A DNA stretch of 64,000 nt from Auanema rhodensis (taxonomy: Eukaryota; Animalia; Nematoda), in the NCBI GenBank assembly GCA_964057225.1, contig OZ059896.1, positions 15,004,001 through 15,068,000 on the forward strand, read 5' to 3'. Each line of letters opens with the position of its first letter. Position 1 is the stretch's first letter. A model generated the notes under the pieces. The model was not told the DNA's origin and made no database searches. It was given only the letters and a program-made list of their open reading frames with translations. The translations under genes were made by a program, and so were the position numbers. Positions 53,696 through 64,000 of the stretch are shown here, piece by piece.

Positions 53696-54444
53696 CCTCA
53701 CTAGATTATTCACTAGACGAAAAACGACAGATTTATGTCAATATTTCAAAATAGTTAAGAGCAACTCAAATTTCAGCAAATCATTGTTCAGACTGAAAGA
53801 ACATGCATATTCTTTTCGTCAACACGACTTTTTGATTGTGGCTCCGAGATACCAGTCTAACGCGGCACTGTCTAGTTTCGAATATCGTAGAATCAAAGAT
53901 TGGAACCAGCTTCACTCCATTTTGATTAATATTGAGAAAGTTTCTAATTTTCGTAGTTGTATTATGAACCATAATTCTTCTTCATTGTAACTTTGTTTTT
54001 AACTTGTTTTTATTTTTCTTTTTTTTTTTTTTCTTCAATGAGATTGTTTTGTTAATCGTTTTGTGTTAAGCTGTTGCTCCTTCTTCTTTTGTTCTCTCAG
54101 TTTTCCTAGGCATCTGACCTATAGACATGAGTCGTACGGTCTGAGCACGGTAATCACTTATTTGATAGAACGGGTTTGACCTTACTCTTTGTGTCACCGT
54201 ACCTAGACAAACCAAGAAGTGATTGGCTTCGAATTGCAATTTTCAAGCTGAAAACTCAAGATCATAACTCTTATAATTGAGCACATTCTTAACTAAAAAC
54301 CAATTCAAAGCTAACTCTGGAGTTAAAAGAAAAAAAAAAGCAGCTACCGAAAGGTTAATTTTAATGTTCTTATCTTAATTTAACCTCACACCTTCCTTGT
54401 AACCTGTGGTCAGTTGTGTTGAATAAACTTAAACTTAAACTTAA
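53696..54444 (+). mobile_element. 5'-truncated non-LTR retrotransposon (CR1/L2-like)
   Basis: ORF2 C-terminal fragment, ~450-nt 3' UTR, AATAAA followed by an (AAACTT)n tail; array sequence resumes in register (caata|actact) with no TSD. Confidence 0.85.
53697..53990 (+). pseudogene. C-terminal fragment of CR1-type ORF2 (post-RT region)
   Basis: LTRLFTRRKTTDLCQYFKIV...SSFEYRRIKDWNQL matches the L..RR...DL...(Y/F)KI and F..R.I..WN.L motifs of CR1-clade ORF2 ends. Confidence 0.75.
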
Positions 54445-56747
54445 ACTACTATAATCTATATTGAAAATCGAAAAAAGAAAAGAAACTCCGTCGAGCCTAA
54501 CTTCTACAATCCTCCGCTCTACCAACTGAGCTATCGACGGAACGAAGCTGTTGTTTTCAGAGGTTATTGTCAATAACTGCTATAATCAATATTTTAAATG
54601 GAACAAAAAGAAAAGAAACTCCGTTGAGCCGGATTCGAACCAGCGACCTAAGGATATCTACACTTCTACAGTCCTCCGCTCTACCAACTGAGCTATCGAC
54701 GGAACGAATCTGTTGTTTTCCGAAGTGATTGTCAATAACTATTATAATCAATACTGAAAAAAAAAAAGAAAAGAAACTCCGTCGAGCCGGATTCGAACCA
54801 GCGACCTAAGGATATCTACACTTCTACAGTCCTCCGCTCTACCAACTGAGCTATCGACGGAACGAATCTGTTGTTTTCAGAGGTTATTGTCAATAACTGA
54901 TATCTACACTTCTACAGTCCTCCGCTCTACCAACTGAGCTATCGACGGAACGAATCTGTTGTTTTCCAAAGTGATTGTCAATAACTACTATAATCTATAT
55001 TGAAAATCGAAAAAAGAAAAGAAACTCCGTCGAGCCTAACTTCTACAATCCTCCGCTCTACCAACTGAGCTATCGACGGAACGAAGCTGTTGTTTTCAGA
55101 GGTTATTGTCAATAACTGCTATAATCAATATTTTAAATGGAACAAAAAGAAAAGAAACTCCGTCGAGCCGGATTCGAACCAGCGACCTAAGGATATCTAC
55201 ACTTCTACAGTCCTCCGCTCTACCAACTGAGCTATCGACGGAACGAATCTGTTGTTTTCAGAGGTTATTGTCAATAACTGCTATGATCAATATTTTAAAT
55301 GGAAGAAAAAGAAAAGAAATTCCGTCGAGCCGGATTCGAACCAGCGACCTAAGGATATCTACACTTCTACAGTCCTCCGCTCTACCAACTGAGCTATCGA
55401 CGGAACGAATCTGTTGTTTTCCGAAGTGATTGTCAATAACTACTATAATCTATATTGAAAATCGAAAAAAGAGAAGAAACTCCGTCGAGCCTAACTTCTA
55501 CAATCCTCCGCTCTACCAACTGAGCTATCGACGGAACGAATCTGTTCTTTTCAGAGGTTATTGTCAATAACTGCAATAATCAATATTTTAAGTGGAGCAA
55601 AAAGCAAAAAAAATTCCGTCGAGCCGGATTCGAACCAGCGACCTAAGGATATCTACACTTCTACAGTCCTCCGCTCTACCAACTGAGCTATCGACGGAAC
55701 GAATCTGTTGTTTTCAGAGGTTATTGTCAATAACTGCTATAATCAATATTTTAAATGGAACAAAAAGAAAAGAAACTCCGTCGAGCCGGATTCGAACCAG
55801 CGACCTAAGGATATCTCCACTTCTACAGTCCTCCGCTCTACCAACTGAGCTATCGACGGAACGAAGCTGTTGTTTTCAGAGGTTATTGTCAATAACTGCT
55901 ATAATCAATAATTAAATGGAACAAAACGAAAAGAAACTCCGTCGAGCCGGATTCGAACCAGCGACCTAAGGATATCTCCACTTCTACAGTCCTCCGCTCT
56001 ACCAACTGAGCTATCGACGGAACGAATCTGTTGTTTTCAGAGGTTATTGTCAATAACTGCTATAATCAATATTTTAAATGGGAGAAAAAGAAAAGAAACT
56101 CCGTCGAGCCGGATTCGAACCAGCGACCTAAGGATATCTACACTTCTACAGTCCTCCGCTCTACCAACTGAGCTATCGACGGAACGAATCTGTTGTTTTC
56201 AGAGGTTATTGTCAATAACTGATATCTACACTTCTACAGTTCTCCGCTCTACCAACTGAGCTATCGACGGAACGAATCTGTTGTTTTCAGAGGTTATTGT
56301 CAATAACTGATATCTACACTTCTACAATCCTCCGCTCTACCAACTGAGCTATCGACGGAACGAAGCTGTTGTTTTCAGAGGTTATTGTCAATAACTGCTA
56401 TAATCAATATTTTAAATGGAACAAAAAGAAAAGAAACTCCGTCGAGCCGGATTCGAACCAGCGACCTAAGGATATCTCCACTTCTACAGTCCTCCGCTCT
56501 ACCAACTGAGCTATCGACGGAACGAATCTGTTGTTTTCAGAGGTTTTTGTCAATAACTGCTATAATCAATATTTTAAATGGGAGAAAAAGAAAAGAAACT
56601 CCGTCGAGCCGGATTCGAACCAGCGACCTAAGGATATCTACACTTCTACAGTCCTCCGCTCTACCAACTGAGCTATCGACGGAACGAATCTGTTGTTTTC
56701 AGAGGTTATTGTCAATAACTGATATCTACACTTCTACAGTCCTCCGC
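54445..56747 (-). repeat. tRNA-Tyr(GTA) tandem array, segment 4
   Basis: Same monomers between the LINE and Maverick insertions; ends in the middle of a C unit. Confidence 0.97.
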
Positions 56748-56787
56748 AGTAGAGAGCCGTGCAAAATTTACTAACCACGCCCCCAAA

Positions 56788-56900
56788 CAGCTGTCAAAAA
56801 CATACTTTTGGGGGCGTCAGCTGCTAAAAACATACTTTTGGGGCGCGTCAGCTGTCAAAAACATATTTTTGAGCGTCAGCTGTTAAAATCATATTTTGGG
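56788..56900 (+). repeat. Four ~30-bp subterminal repeats (CAGCTG..AAAAACATACTTTTGGGG.CGT) in the presumed TIR
   Basis: CAGCTG starts at 56788, 56818, 56849 and 56877. Confidence 0.85.
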
Positions 56901-57257
56901 ATCATGGTTCATGGATTTTCCTTTTTTAACTTTAAAAATCATGATTTAAAGCATGATTTTTTTTTTTTTTTTAAATCTAATTTTAAATTTGTTTATTCAA
57001 ATGTATGTATATAGTTTTTAATTATTTTTAAATATATTAAGTGAAAATAAAAATTATAAATTTTAAATATTTAAATATTTAAATATGTAAATTTGTTTTT
57101 TAAATTTTATTTATTTATTAAATTTATTAATAATGTTTGTTTACTTATTTTGTTTATTTTTTATTGTATTGTGTTTGTAATATTTTATTTGTATTTTTAA
57201 AGATCAATAAAATTTTTGCATGTAGATAATTTTGTTCACCGTACTTGTTACGGGTAG

Positions 57258-57410
57258 TTCAATGGAACACATATCGAAGGTTAATTCGATAAGAACGATA
57301 TGAAATACAAAATTCAATGGAACACATATCGAAGGTTAATTCGATAAGAACGATATGAAATACCAAAATTTAATGGAACACATATCGAAAGTTAATTCGA
57401 TAAGAACGAC
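57258..57410 (+). repeat. Three 55-56-bp tandem repeats containing the dyad TATCGAA-N6-TTCGATA
   Basis: aatggaacacatatcgaa starts at 57261, 57316 and 57372; degenerate copies near 57543 and 57598. Confidence 0.85.
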
Positions 57411-57805
57411 ATTAAATTATTAATTTTTGAAATTACAAATTGTTATTAATTATATTTATTCTAACAAGTAAAGGTTTCAAATTATAATAAAAGATTAGTT
57501 TTAAACTTTATTTTACTAATATAACAATACAATAACTAAATAGAGCACACATTGAAGGTAAATACAATAAGATTAACAAACAGTTGCGCTGACCTCAATG
57601 AAACGCATAAAGTTAATTTAATAAGAACTAATAACAAAAATTAATCCGACGGGGACAATAAAAACAGATGTATTCAATAAGCTTATTTATTTTAAAGTTT
57701 ATCGCAACTGCTAGTTTTGACAGCTGTACCCAAATCCATGTTACATAACAAATTACAATGCCAACAGCAATGTGTAGACTGATGTATTCATTATATCAAG
57801 GTACA

Positions 57806-60800
57806 ATGGCTGCTAATAGGTTGTGTCTTTTTGATTATTTGTTTGTAAACTTTTTCTTTTTTCAGTTATAAACGTTTATGTGAAGAGCTAGGATTTGATT
57901 ATGAAGAGATTAATCAGCTCAGGTAATTTCACACAATTTTGAATCTTTATATATATTTTGCTTTTAGTAAACGTATAAAGTTTACCGAGGCTGGTGGGAT
58001 CGAGCTCTGTGAGCCCACATCACCCACTTTTAACAGTGGGCCCTCATCATCAAGGGTTATTGAAGTAATAACCTTGGATGACAGTGATGAGTAAGCGATA
58101 TTAAAAATTATAACATTTAGTTTTTTTTTTTTCTTTTTAAGAGAATGGGATCCCGCTACCCCATCAACCAGTGGAGGGCAAGTCGGATATGGAGCGACAT
58201 TCAACGATGTCTGTAAAATAGAGGTGCGATCTTTTATTTACATATTATTTCATAATATATCTTTTGAAACATGAAATTTTCTCTTGCTCCAGTTGCATAT
58301 TTTGAAAACATTTTGAAATTTATTTCTCTTTTTCAATTGCATTCATAAAACTCTCTCTCTCTCATCTTTACATTTCATCTCAATCTATATCTTTTATCAA
58401 ACAAATTGCAAGTATTTTGAAACTTATATATTCATTCTTTTGAACAGCATATCTTTTATCAAACAAATTGCAAGTATTTTGAAACTTATATATTCATTCT
58501 TTTGAACAGCATTCATTTTAAAATCTTTACATTTCATCTCACTATATATCTTTCTTTCAACCAATTTTGAATTCTTACAAATTATAAATATTTCAAACAT
58601 TTTGAACTAGTAAAATAATAAAACACCATCTTGACCTTTTCATTTATTTTTAAACATTAACAAATGTTTATAAAAGAAAAAACTTTATATTTAAAAATCA
58701 AATGCCATTTATTTTTAATAAAAGAATATAAAAATAATTTAAAGAAAAGTAAATTTATTAAAAGTTATAAACAAACATTATTTATATTTAAACTAAATAT
58801 CTAAACTAAATAACCATTATAAAAAGTGTGTATTATAGTGGTCACACCGACGCATAAAACGCACTGGTCGGTTTACCAACGTGGTCGTTAGATCGCTCAC
58901 GTTCCCACATTTGGAAAACATTAATGAGCCAATGCATGTTGTCATGCCGCGGCTATTTAATGAGTTCCTTGATCGGTGCCTTGCTGAAAGTGGTGTGCCA
59001 GATAAACAAAAAGCACTATTTTGTTTATCAATAGAGCACCCATCCTTTGAAAAGGGATCCATATTTATGGATTTCCGTAGAAGGGAGCATTTGGATGGCG
59101 TTGCCATCATGAATGCCATCAGCAAGGTACAGCAGTCAAAGCGAGAGGCTGTAATTAGCCAGGCAATGAATATTGAAATGTATGTGTTTGATGAGAGACC
59201 AGTGCAGCCAAGCCTGATGCCTGGTGAAGGTAGAGTTGGTTTCTATTTTGATGCCGAACTCAAAATACCTGGCACAATTGAGAACACTGACACTCATTGC
59301 CTGGCTAGAGCAGCAGTTGTGGGAATGTGGAAAGCCGATGAAGAGGCAGCAGAAGATGTTGTTGAAAAGCGGAGGATACAAAATCTTCGTCGCAACTACA
59401 TCTTGTTGCCAAATCAACCACATCATATCAATTTATTAAATAGGTGTGGTATTTCTGTACATTTACCAAATTATAATTTAAATCATTTAAATATTATTGC
59501 AAGTTGTAATACAGACTATAAGTTTGTAGTATACGCAAGGCCACCTGGACAGCGTATGTACGCTATTCAGCGTATCTTTAATGAAACGGCTAGCAAAGTG
59601 GTAACACTAGGCTACCGAAATAATCATTATGACTGTATTACAACTTGTAGTAGATCACAGATTTTTGATGGTATTATATGCCAACACTGTAAATTATCTT
59701 ACAAAACAGTGTTGCATAGATGTAAAGCCAAGTGTAAGAAATGCCACACCTTAAAATGTAATTCGATGGAAAATGTGGTTGAGAGTAGCATAAGATGTGA
59801 TAGTTGTAGAGTTTTGTTTAAAACTCGTCAATGCTTTGACAGGCATATTAGAAAAACATGTCGAATGTTTAAGGTAATTTAAAAAATATATATAAAATTT
59901 TACAAGACTAAATTCAGACATGTGAAAACTGTGATCATTATCACAGGGTGCGTGCTGATAGACCGCACAATTGCAATGAGAAATTTTGCAAAAAGTGTGG
60001 GCAAACAAAGCCTGAAGATCACTCTTGTTGTTGGGTACCACCTAACGACAAGAAGAAGGATCAGTTAAAAAAGAGGCAAGAGAAATACAAGGTTTGTATT
60101 TAACATCTTTACAAGTGTAATACTTACTTGTTTAAGATTATATTCTATGACTTTGAAACGGTTGTGTTAAAAAACGGTACAAATGTTCATGAATATGCAG
60201 ATGAACAATGGCCCAATATGGTTGTGTATAATAAATTTTGTGAAAGTTGTATAGATGCCAACTCATGTGAAAAATGCACAACCAAGGAGGGCCATTTTGG
60301 GTACCAACAAGGTGATAGTGAATGGTCTGTAACAGATCGTTTCCTTGATTGGTTACTCAACTCTGTTGAGAATGATAATGCAATTTTGATTGCGCATAAT
60401 GGTTCACGCTTTGACATACATTTCTTGGTGTCTAGGCTGATAAACCGTGGTATATATCCTGATCCAATTTTAAATGGGACCAAGATTATAAGCATGGTTG
60501 TCAAGCCTTTAAGAGGTCAAAAATTTAATCATTTATATTTTAAAGATAGTTATTTATTAGTGCCTTTACCCTTATCAGCGTTACCCAAGGCATTTGGTGT
60601 ACCTGATATGAGTAAAGGACAGTTTCCTTACCTCTATAATCACCCAATAAATTATGGCAAAGTGTTGCCATCTTTACCACCAAAACAGTACTATTGTACT
60701 GCTAGAATGAAAGCAGAAGACCTAGCTTCATTCGATATTTGGTATGAAGAGCGTAATCAAAGAGCGTTTGATTTTGATGAAGAGCTTTTGGAATATTGTA

Positions 60801-63065
60801 GGACAGATGTCCGTATTTTAACCAACTGTATGAAAGTTTACATGAAGTTGGCAACCGCCACCACTGGCTGGAACCCTGTCATACAATGTATGACATTTGC
60901 CAGTTTCTCTTTATTCCAGGCAAGTTTTTTAAAATACAAGCATTTTCAAAACTATTATATTACAGTTGAAAATGAATCATATTAAAGAGAACCAAGTGGG
61001 TATTCTGCCCGAGACTGGTTATTATGCCGGTCAAAAGCAGAGTATAATAGCCATAAAGTATATAAAATGGCTAGAACAAGGATTGGGGCGCCCATTAATG
61101 CATAAGCTTAATGGTGGCGAATTTGCAGTGAGAGTAGATGGCCATCGCTATCTACTCGATGCTTATGACCCCGTTGCCAATCATGGCTATGAGGTGAGTA
61201 ATTTGTGATAAATGTAAAAAATTCAAATTTTTGTAGATTAATGGTTGCATTTACCATGGTTGCCCCCAGTGCACCAACAAGAGCGCTATAGCACCAGGCA
61301 GAAATGGTGAAACAATGGAAGAGGTAATTGTGACTTTTTTAATCATTTTAAGTTTTAAAATTTAGGTTTATGATAAAACCATGAAAAGGCTTGAAGCAAT
61401 TCAAAGCCAAGGCATTAGTGTTACCACAGTGTGGGAGCACGAAATTAATGCTCAAATTTCGGCCAATGAAGAAATGGCGAAATTTATGCGTGAAACAAAT
61501 GTTGTTACACGCTTGGCACCTAGAGATGCCTTTACCGGTGGCCGCACCCAGACATATAAGCTTTTGGCACAAGCTTCGGATAGATACTCGCTCGAGTATG
61601 TGGACTTTTGTTCACTATATCCATATGTCACCGCTTTTGATGCCTATTACCCTGTAGGTAATCCCAAAGTTATTACTGAGGGTTTCAAAAGCTTTGAGAC
61701 ATGTTGCCCATACAAGGGGCTAGTAAAATGTGACGTGCTTGCACCCACAAATTTGCTGTACCCTGTATTAGGCACACGTATTGGCGGTAAACTAATTTTT
61801 ACAAACTGCCGCACTTGTGCAGTCAAAAGTAAAAATGTAGCATGTGAGCACCAGAATGATGTAAATGCTAGAAAGCTGCATCTAACTGTGACACATGTTG
61901 AGCTCGAGTGTGCCATACAACGTGGCTATAAAGTGCTTCATGTGCATGAGGTGTGGCACTGGGAAGAATGGCAACAAGGCGGCCTGTTTAAAGAATTTGT
62001 ACAAAAGTACATAAAAATTAAACAAGAGGCGTCGGGCTGGCCAAAGCCAAACATGACAGAGGAAGAAAAGGTATGTTTTAATAAAAGTATTACATTAAAT
62101 AGAATTTTACAGGTAATATATCTCCAAGAGCACGAGGAGAACACTGGTGTTGCTCTGGAGAGCAATAAAATTGAGAAGAATGCTGCCATGCGTAGCATTG
62201 CCAAACTGCAGCTAAATAGGTTTGTAAACTTTTTAAAACAATACATTACAAATTTGCTTATAGTGTCTGGGGTAAAATGGGTCAAAGACCAGATAAAGCC
62301 CAAACCAAGATTATTGGTGTTGAGGACCCAGAAATTGGTAGGATCATTACTGATCCTGCAAGGGAACTCACTGGGTTCAAAATTGTGGATAATGTTGCGT
62401 ACTGCACAACAGTACCAGAGGATTCACATTTGGCACCACCGCCTTTTACAAATGTAGCTATTGCGGCCTATACAACCGCTCATGCAAGGCTACTATTGTA
62501 TAAGGCAATGGAGAAAATTGGAAAGAATTTGGTGTATACAGGTAATTTTATACTTTGTATTCAATTTAAACTTACATTATTTAGACACGGATTCTCTAAT
62601 TTATCAAAGGTGCCTGGATGAGCCAGATCCAATTGAGGATATGAAGGGTGAATGGTTAGGTAAACTAACCTCTGAAATACCCGATGGTTGGTCAATGACC
62701 AAGTTTGTGTCACCAGCAGCAAAAGTTTATAGTTATAAACTTGTAAATGCAGCTGGTGATGTGAAATATGTAACAAAGGCAAAGGGAGTGGTAAGTACGA
62801 GCTTTGACTTTTCAAATAATTTTATAATTTTCAGACGTTGGACCACACGGCAGCGTCAGTGGTAAACTTTGAAAGTATGGAGCGACTGGTTCGCGGTCTC
62901 GTTATGGATGGAGAGAAATTGGTTTTAAAAACCAATACAACCTTGTTAAAGAGGCAACTCGGTGCCATATCCACAATGGATATGACAAAAAGTACTAGAG
63001 TCGTAATGGATAAACTTTGTTATCTACAAGATTATAGTACTTTACCCTACGGTTATTGTGAATAA
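57806..63065 (+). CDS. polB: Protein-primed family B DNA polymerase (pPolB), 14 exons, ~1369 aa: 57806-57819, 57866-57922, 57968-58090, 58142-58223, 58839-59873, 59918-60091, 60137-60919, 60966-61193, 61237-61323, 61366-62070, 62113-62219, 62264-62541, 62585-62790, 62835-63065
   Basis: Manual splicing gives one open frame with ExoI YDFET, ExoII AHNGSRFD, ExoIII YCRTDV, motif A DFCSLYP, motif B KLQLNSVWGK, motif C YTDTDS and C-terminal TLPYGY. The first four exons are less certain. Confidence 0.92.
58387..58510 (+). repeat. Perfect 62-bp tandem duplication inside pPolB intron 4
   Basis: atatcttttatcaaac...tgaacagc occurs twice. Confidence 0.85.
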
Positions 63066-63202
63066 TATATTTGAATTTATAAATTTTTATCTTGTATATA
63101 TTTGAATTTATAAAATTTTATCATTGTACATGTATTTATTTTTAAAAATAGTTGTATTAATAAATTTTATTCTTAAATCTTTTAAAGAATTTATTACATA
63201 CA

Positions 63203-64000
63203 TTACAAACTGGTATCAATATATGGAGCACGATTGTTGTCAATTGAAAGAATAGAGTCATACTCTGCATAAACAATTGCATATAAGCCCTCTTGCGGCG
63301 TTTGTTGACCAAATTCCAATTTCAAGGCTACATTACCTTGTCGTATAACATCAAATAACTCTGACGAATGCACAGTAGGAGAAATATCAAATACAAAAAA
63401 TGTGAAACCAGCTTTATACATTGCTGGTGTAATACCATTGGATGAATCTGTACGACCAAGTCCCAAACCTTCCAGCATGTCAATATATGCTGTGGCATAG
63501 GAAGATCGCCATTCTAAATTATAAGGACGGGTAGGTATTACCCTATTGTTGAGCGTCAAGTATATATTTTTCAAATCAAACGGTTTAAAGTTGAATGGCG
63601 AATGTTTAAAAGTACCATTATAAGCGTGTGCGCCAACAAGACCTACTACAACACGTTTTGGTGTGTGAGACGTGAATAATATATTATTAGGTGAATCCAA
63701 GCGGCCTCCTTCTATGAAATAAGAGCGCATTTTCACTGATGTCATGGGGTAGTGTATTCGATCCTTTGCGAGTTTATCTTCTATAGCCATAGCTAATCCA
63801 GCGTTTAGATCAAACTCTTGAATGAGCAAATGTACATCGCTGATATCTACTTTCAAATTTGGAAACTCCTCCTTTAATGTAGTATCCTTGTTTTCATTAT
63901 TCCAGCCTAGAGTGTCAATTAAAAAGTTATCACGGTTTGGATATGCAGTTAGCTCCATTTTTGAATAGTTTACAAACAGTCGCTCTTGATTAAATAGGTC
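63203..64000 (-). CDS. Polinton double jelly-roll major capsid protein, C-terminal part (5' end outside window)
   Basis: Frame is open to the window edge (DLFNQERL...); motifs PKRVVVGLV, YNG...SPFNFKPFDL, FFVFDISP, VYAEYD...ID..R are typical of Polinton/adintovirus MCP; convergent with pPolB. Confidence 0.85.
   Translation of the reverse strand, partial: DLFNQERLFVNYSKMELTAYPNRDNFLIDTLGWNNENKDTTLKEEFPNLKVDISDVHLLIQEFDLNAGLAMAIEDKLAKDRIHYPMTSVKMRSYFIEGGRLDSPNNILFTSHTPKRVVVGLVGAHAYNGTFKHSPFNFKPFDLKNIYLTLNNRVIPTRPYNLEWRSSYATAYIDMLEGLGLGRTDSSNGITPAMYKAGFTFFVFDISPTVHSSELFDVIRQGNVALKLEFGQQTPQEGLYAIVYAEYDSILSIDNNRAPYIDTSL

Larger units (their letters stand above)
56748..64000. mobile_element. Maverick/Polinton (endogenous polintovirus), left part; extends beyond window
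   Basis: Starts AGTAGAGAG abruptly inside a tRNA unit (Polinton 5'-AG terminus); subterminal repeats, protein-primed PolB and major capsid gene follow. Confidence 0.93.

Noticed and set aside
54100-54260. Self-cleaving ribozyme in the LINE 3' UTR
   Set aside because: Could not assemble a hammerhead (CUGANGA...GAAA with stems) or HDV-like core by eye; an Infernal/Rfam search would settle it.
1-56747. CRISPR array
   Set aside because: Spacers are near-identical rather than unique, the repeat is a tRNA gene, there are no cas genes, and the context is eukaryotic.
1-56747. tRNA-derived SINE cluster
   Set aside because: Units keep the intron and upstream flank and have no SINE body, tail or TSDs, which points to DNA-level tandem amplification.
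2-56774. Numerous plus-strand ORFs with repeated MSITAIINILNG...ETPSSRIRTSDLRISTLLQSSALPTELSTER
   Set aside because: Antisense translation of the tRNA unit; 162 bp is divisible by 3, so runs of A units stay open. They start at TTG, and B/C units break them.
57258-57410. U6 snRNA-like sequence
   Set aside because: Only short words resemble U6; no ACAGAGA box or internal stem-loop.
58817-62815. Minus-strand and alternate-frame ORFs overlapping pPolB
   Set aside because: Shadows of the spliced pPolB gene with no recognisable motifs.

Overview
Eukaryotic DNA, most likely nematode (nematode-type tRNA-Tyr sequence, 42-51 nt introns with TTTCAG/TTTTAG-type acceptors). About 51 kb is a head-to-tail tandem array of intron-containing tRNA-Tyr(GTA) genes on the minus strand (roughly 350-370 units, estimated not counted). 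It is built from three monomers: A, a full 83-nt gene in a ~162-bp unit; B, a 54-nt internally deleted gene in a ~131-bp unit; C, 5' exon plus intron only, in an 88-bp unit with no terminator. These form higher-order repeats. Four unrelated mobile elements interrupt the array: a non-autonomous LTR element (6685-10247, tRNA-Gln PBS, no TSD), a Merlin DNA transposon (45322-46669, 8-bp TSD, frameshifted transposase), a 5'-truncated CR1-type LINE (53696-54444) and the left part of a Maverick/Polinton (56748 to window end) with a 14-exon protein-primed PolB and the C-terminal part of the major capsid gene. All element junctions fall in two short windows of the unit: tRNA positions ~18-29, and a 15-bp dyad 23-37 bp upstream of the gene. 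The many repeat-derived ORFs in the ORF track are artefacts.
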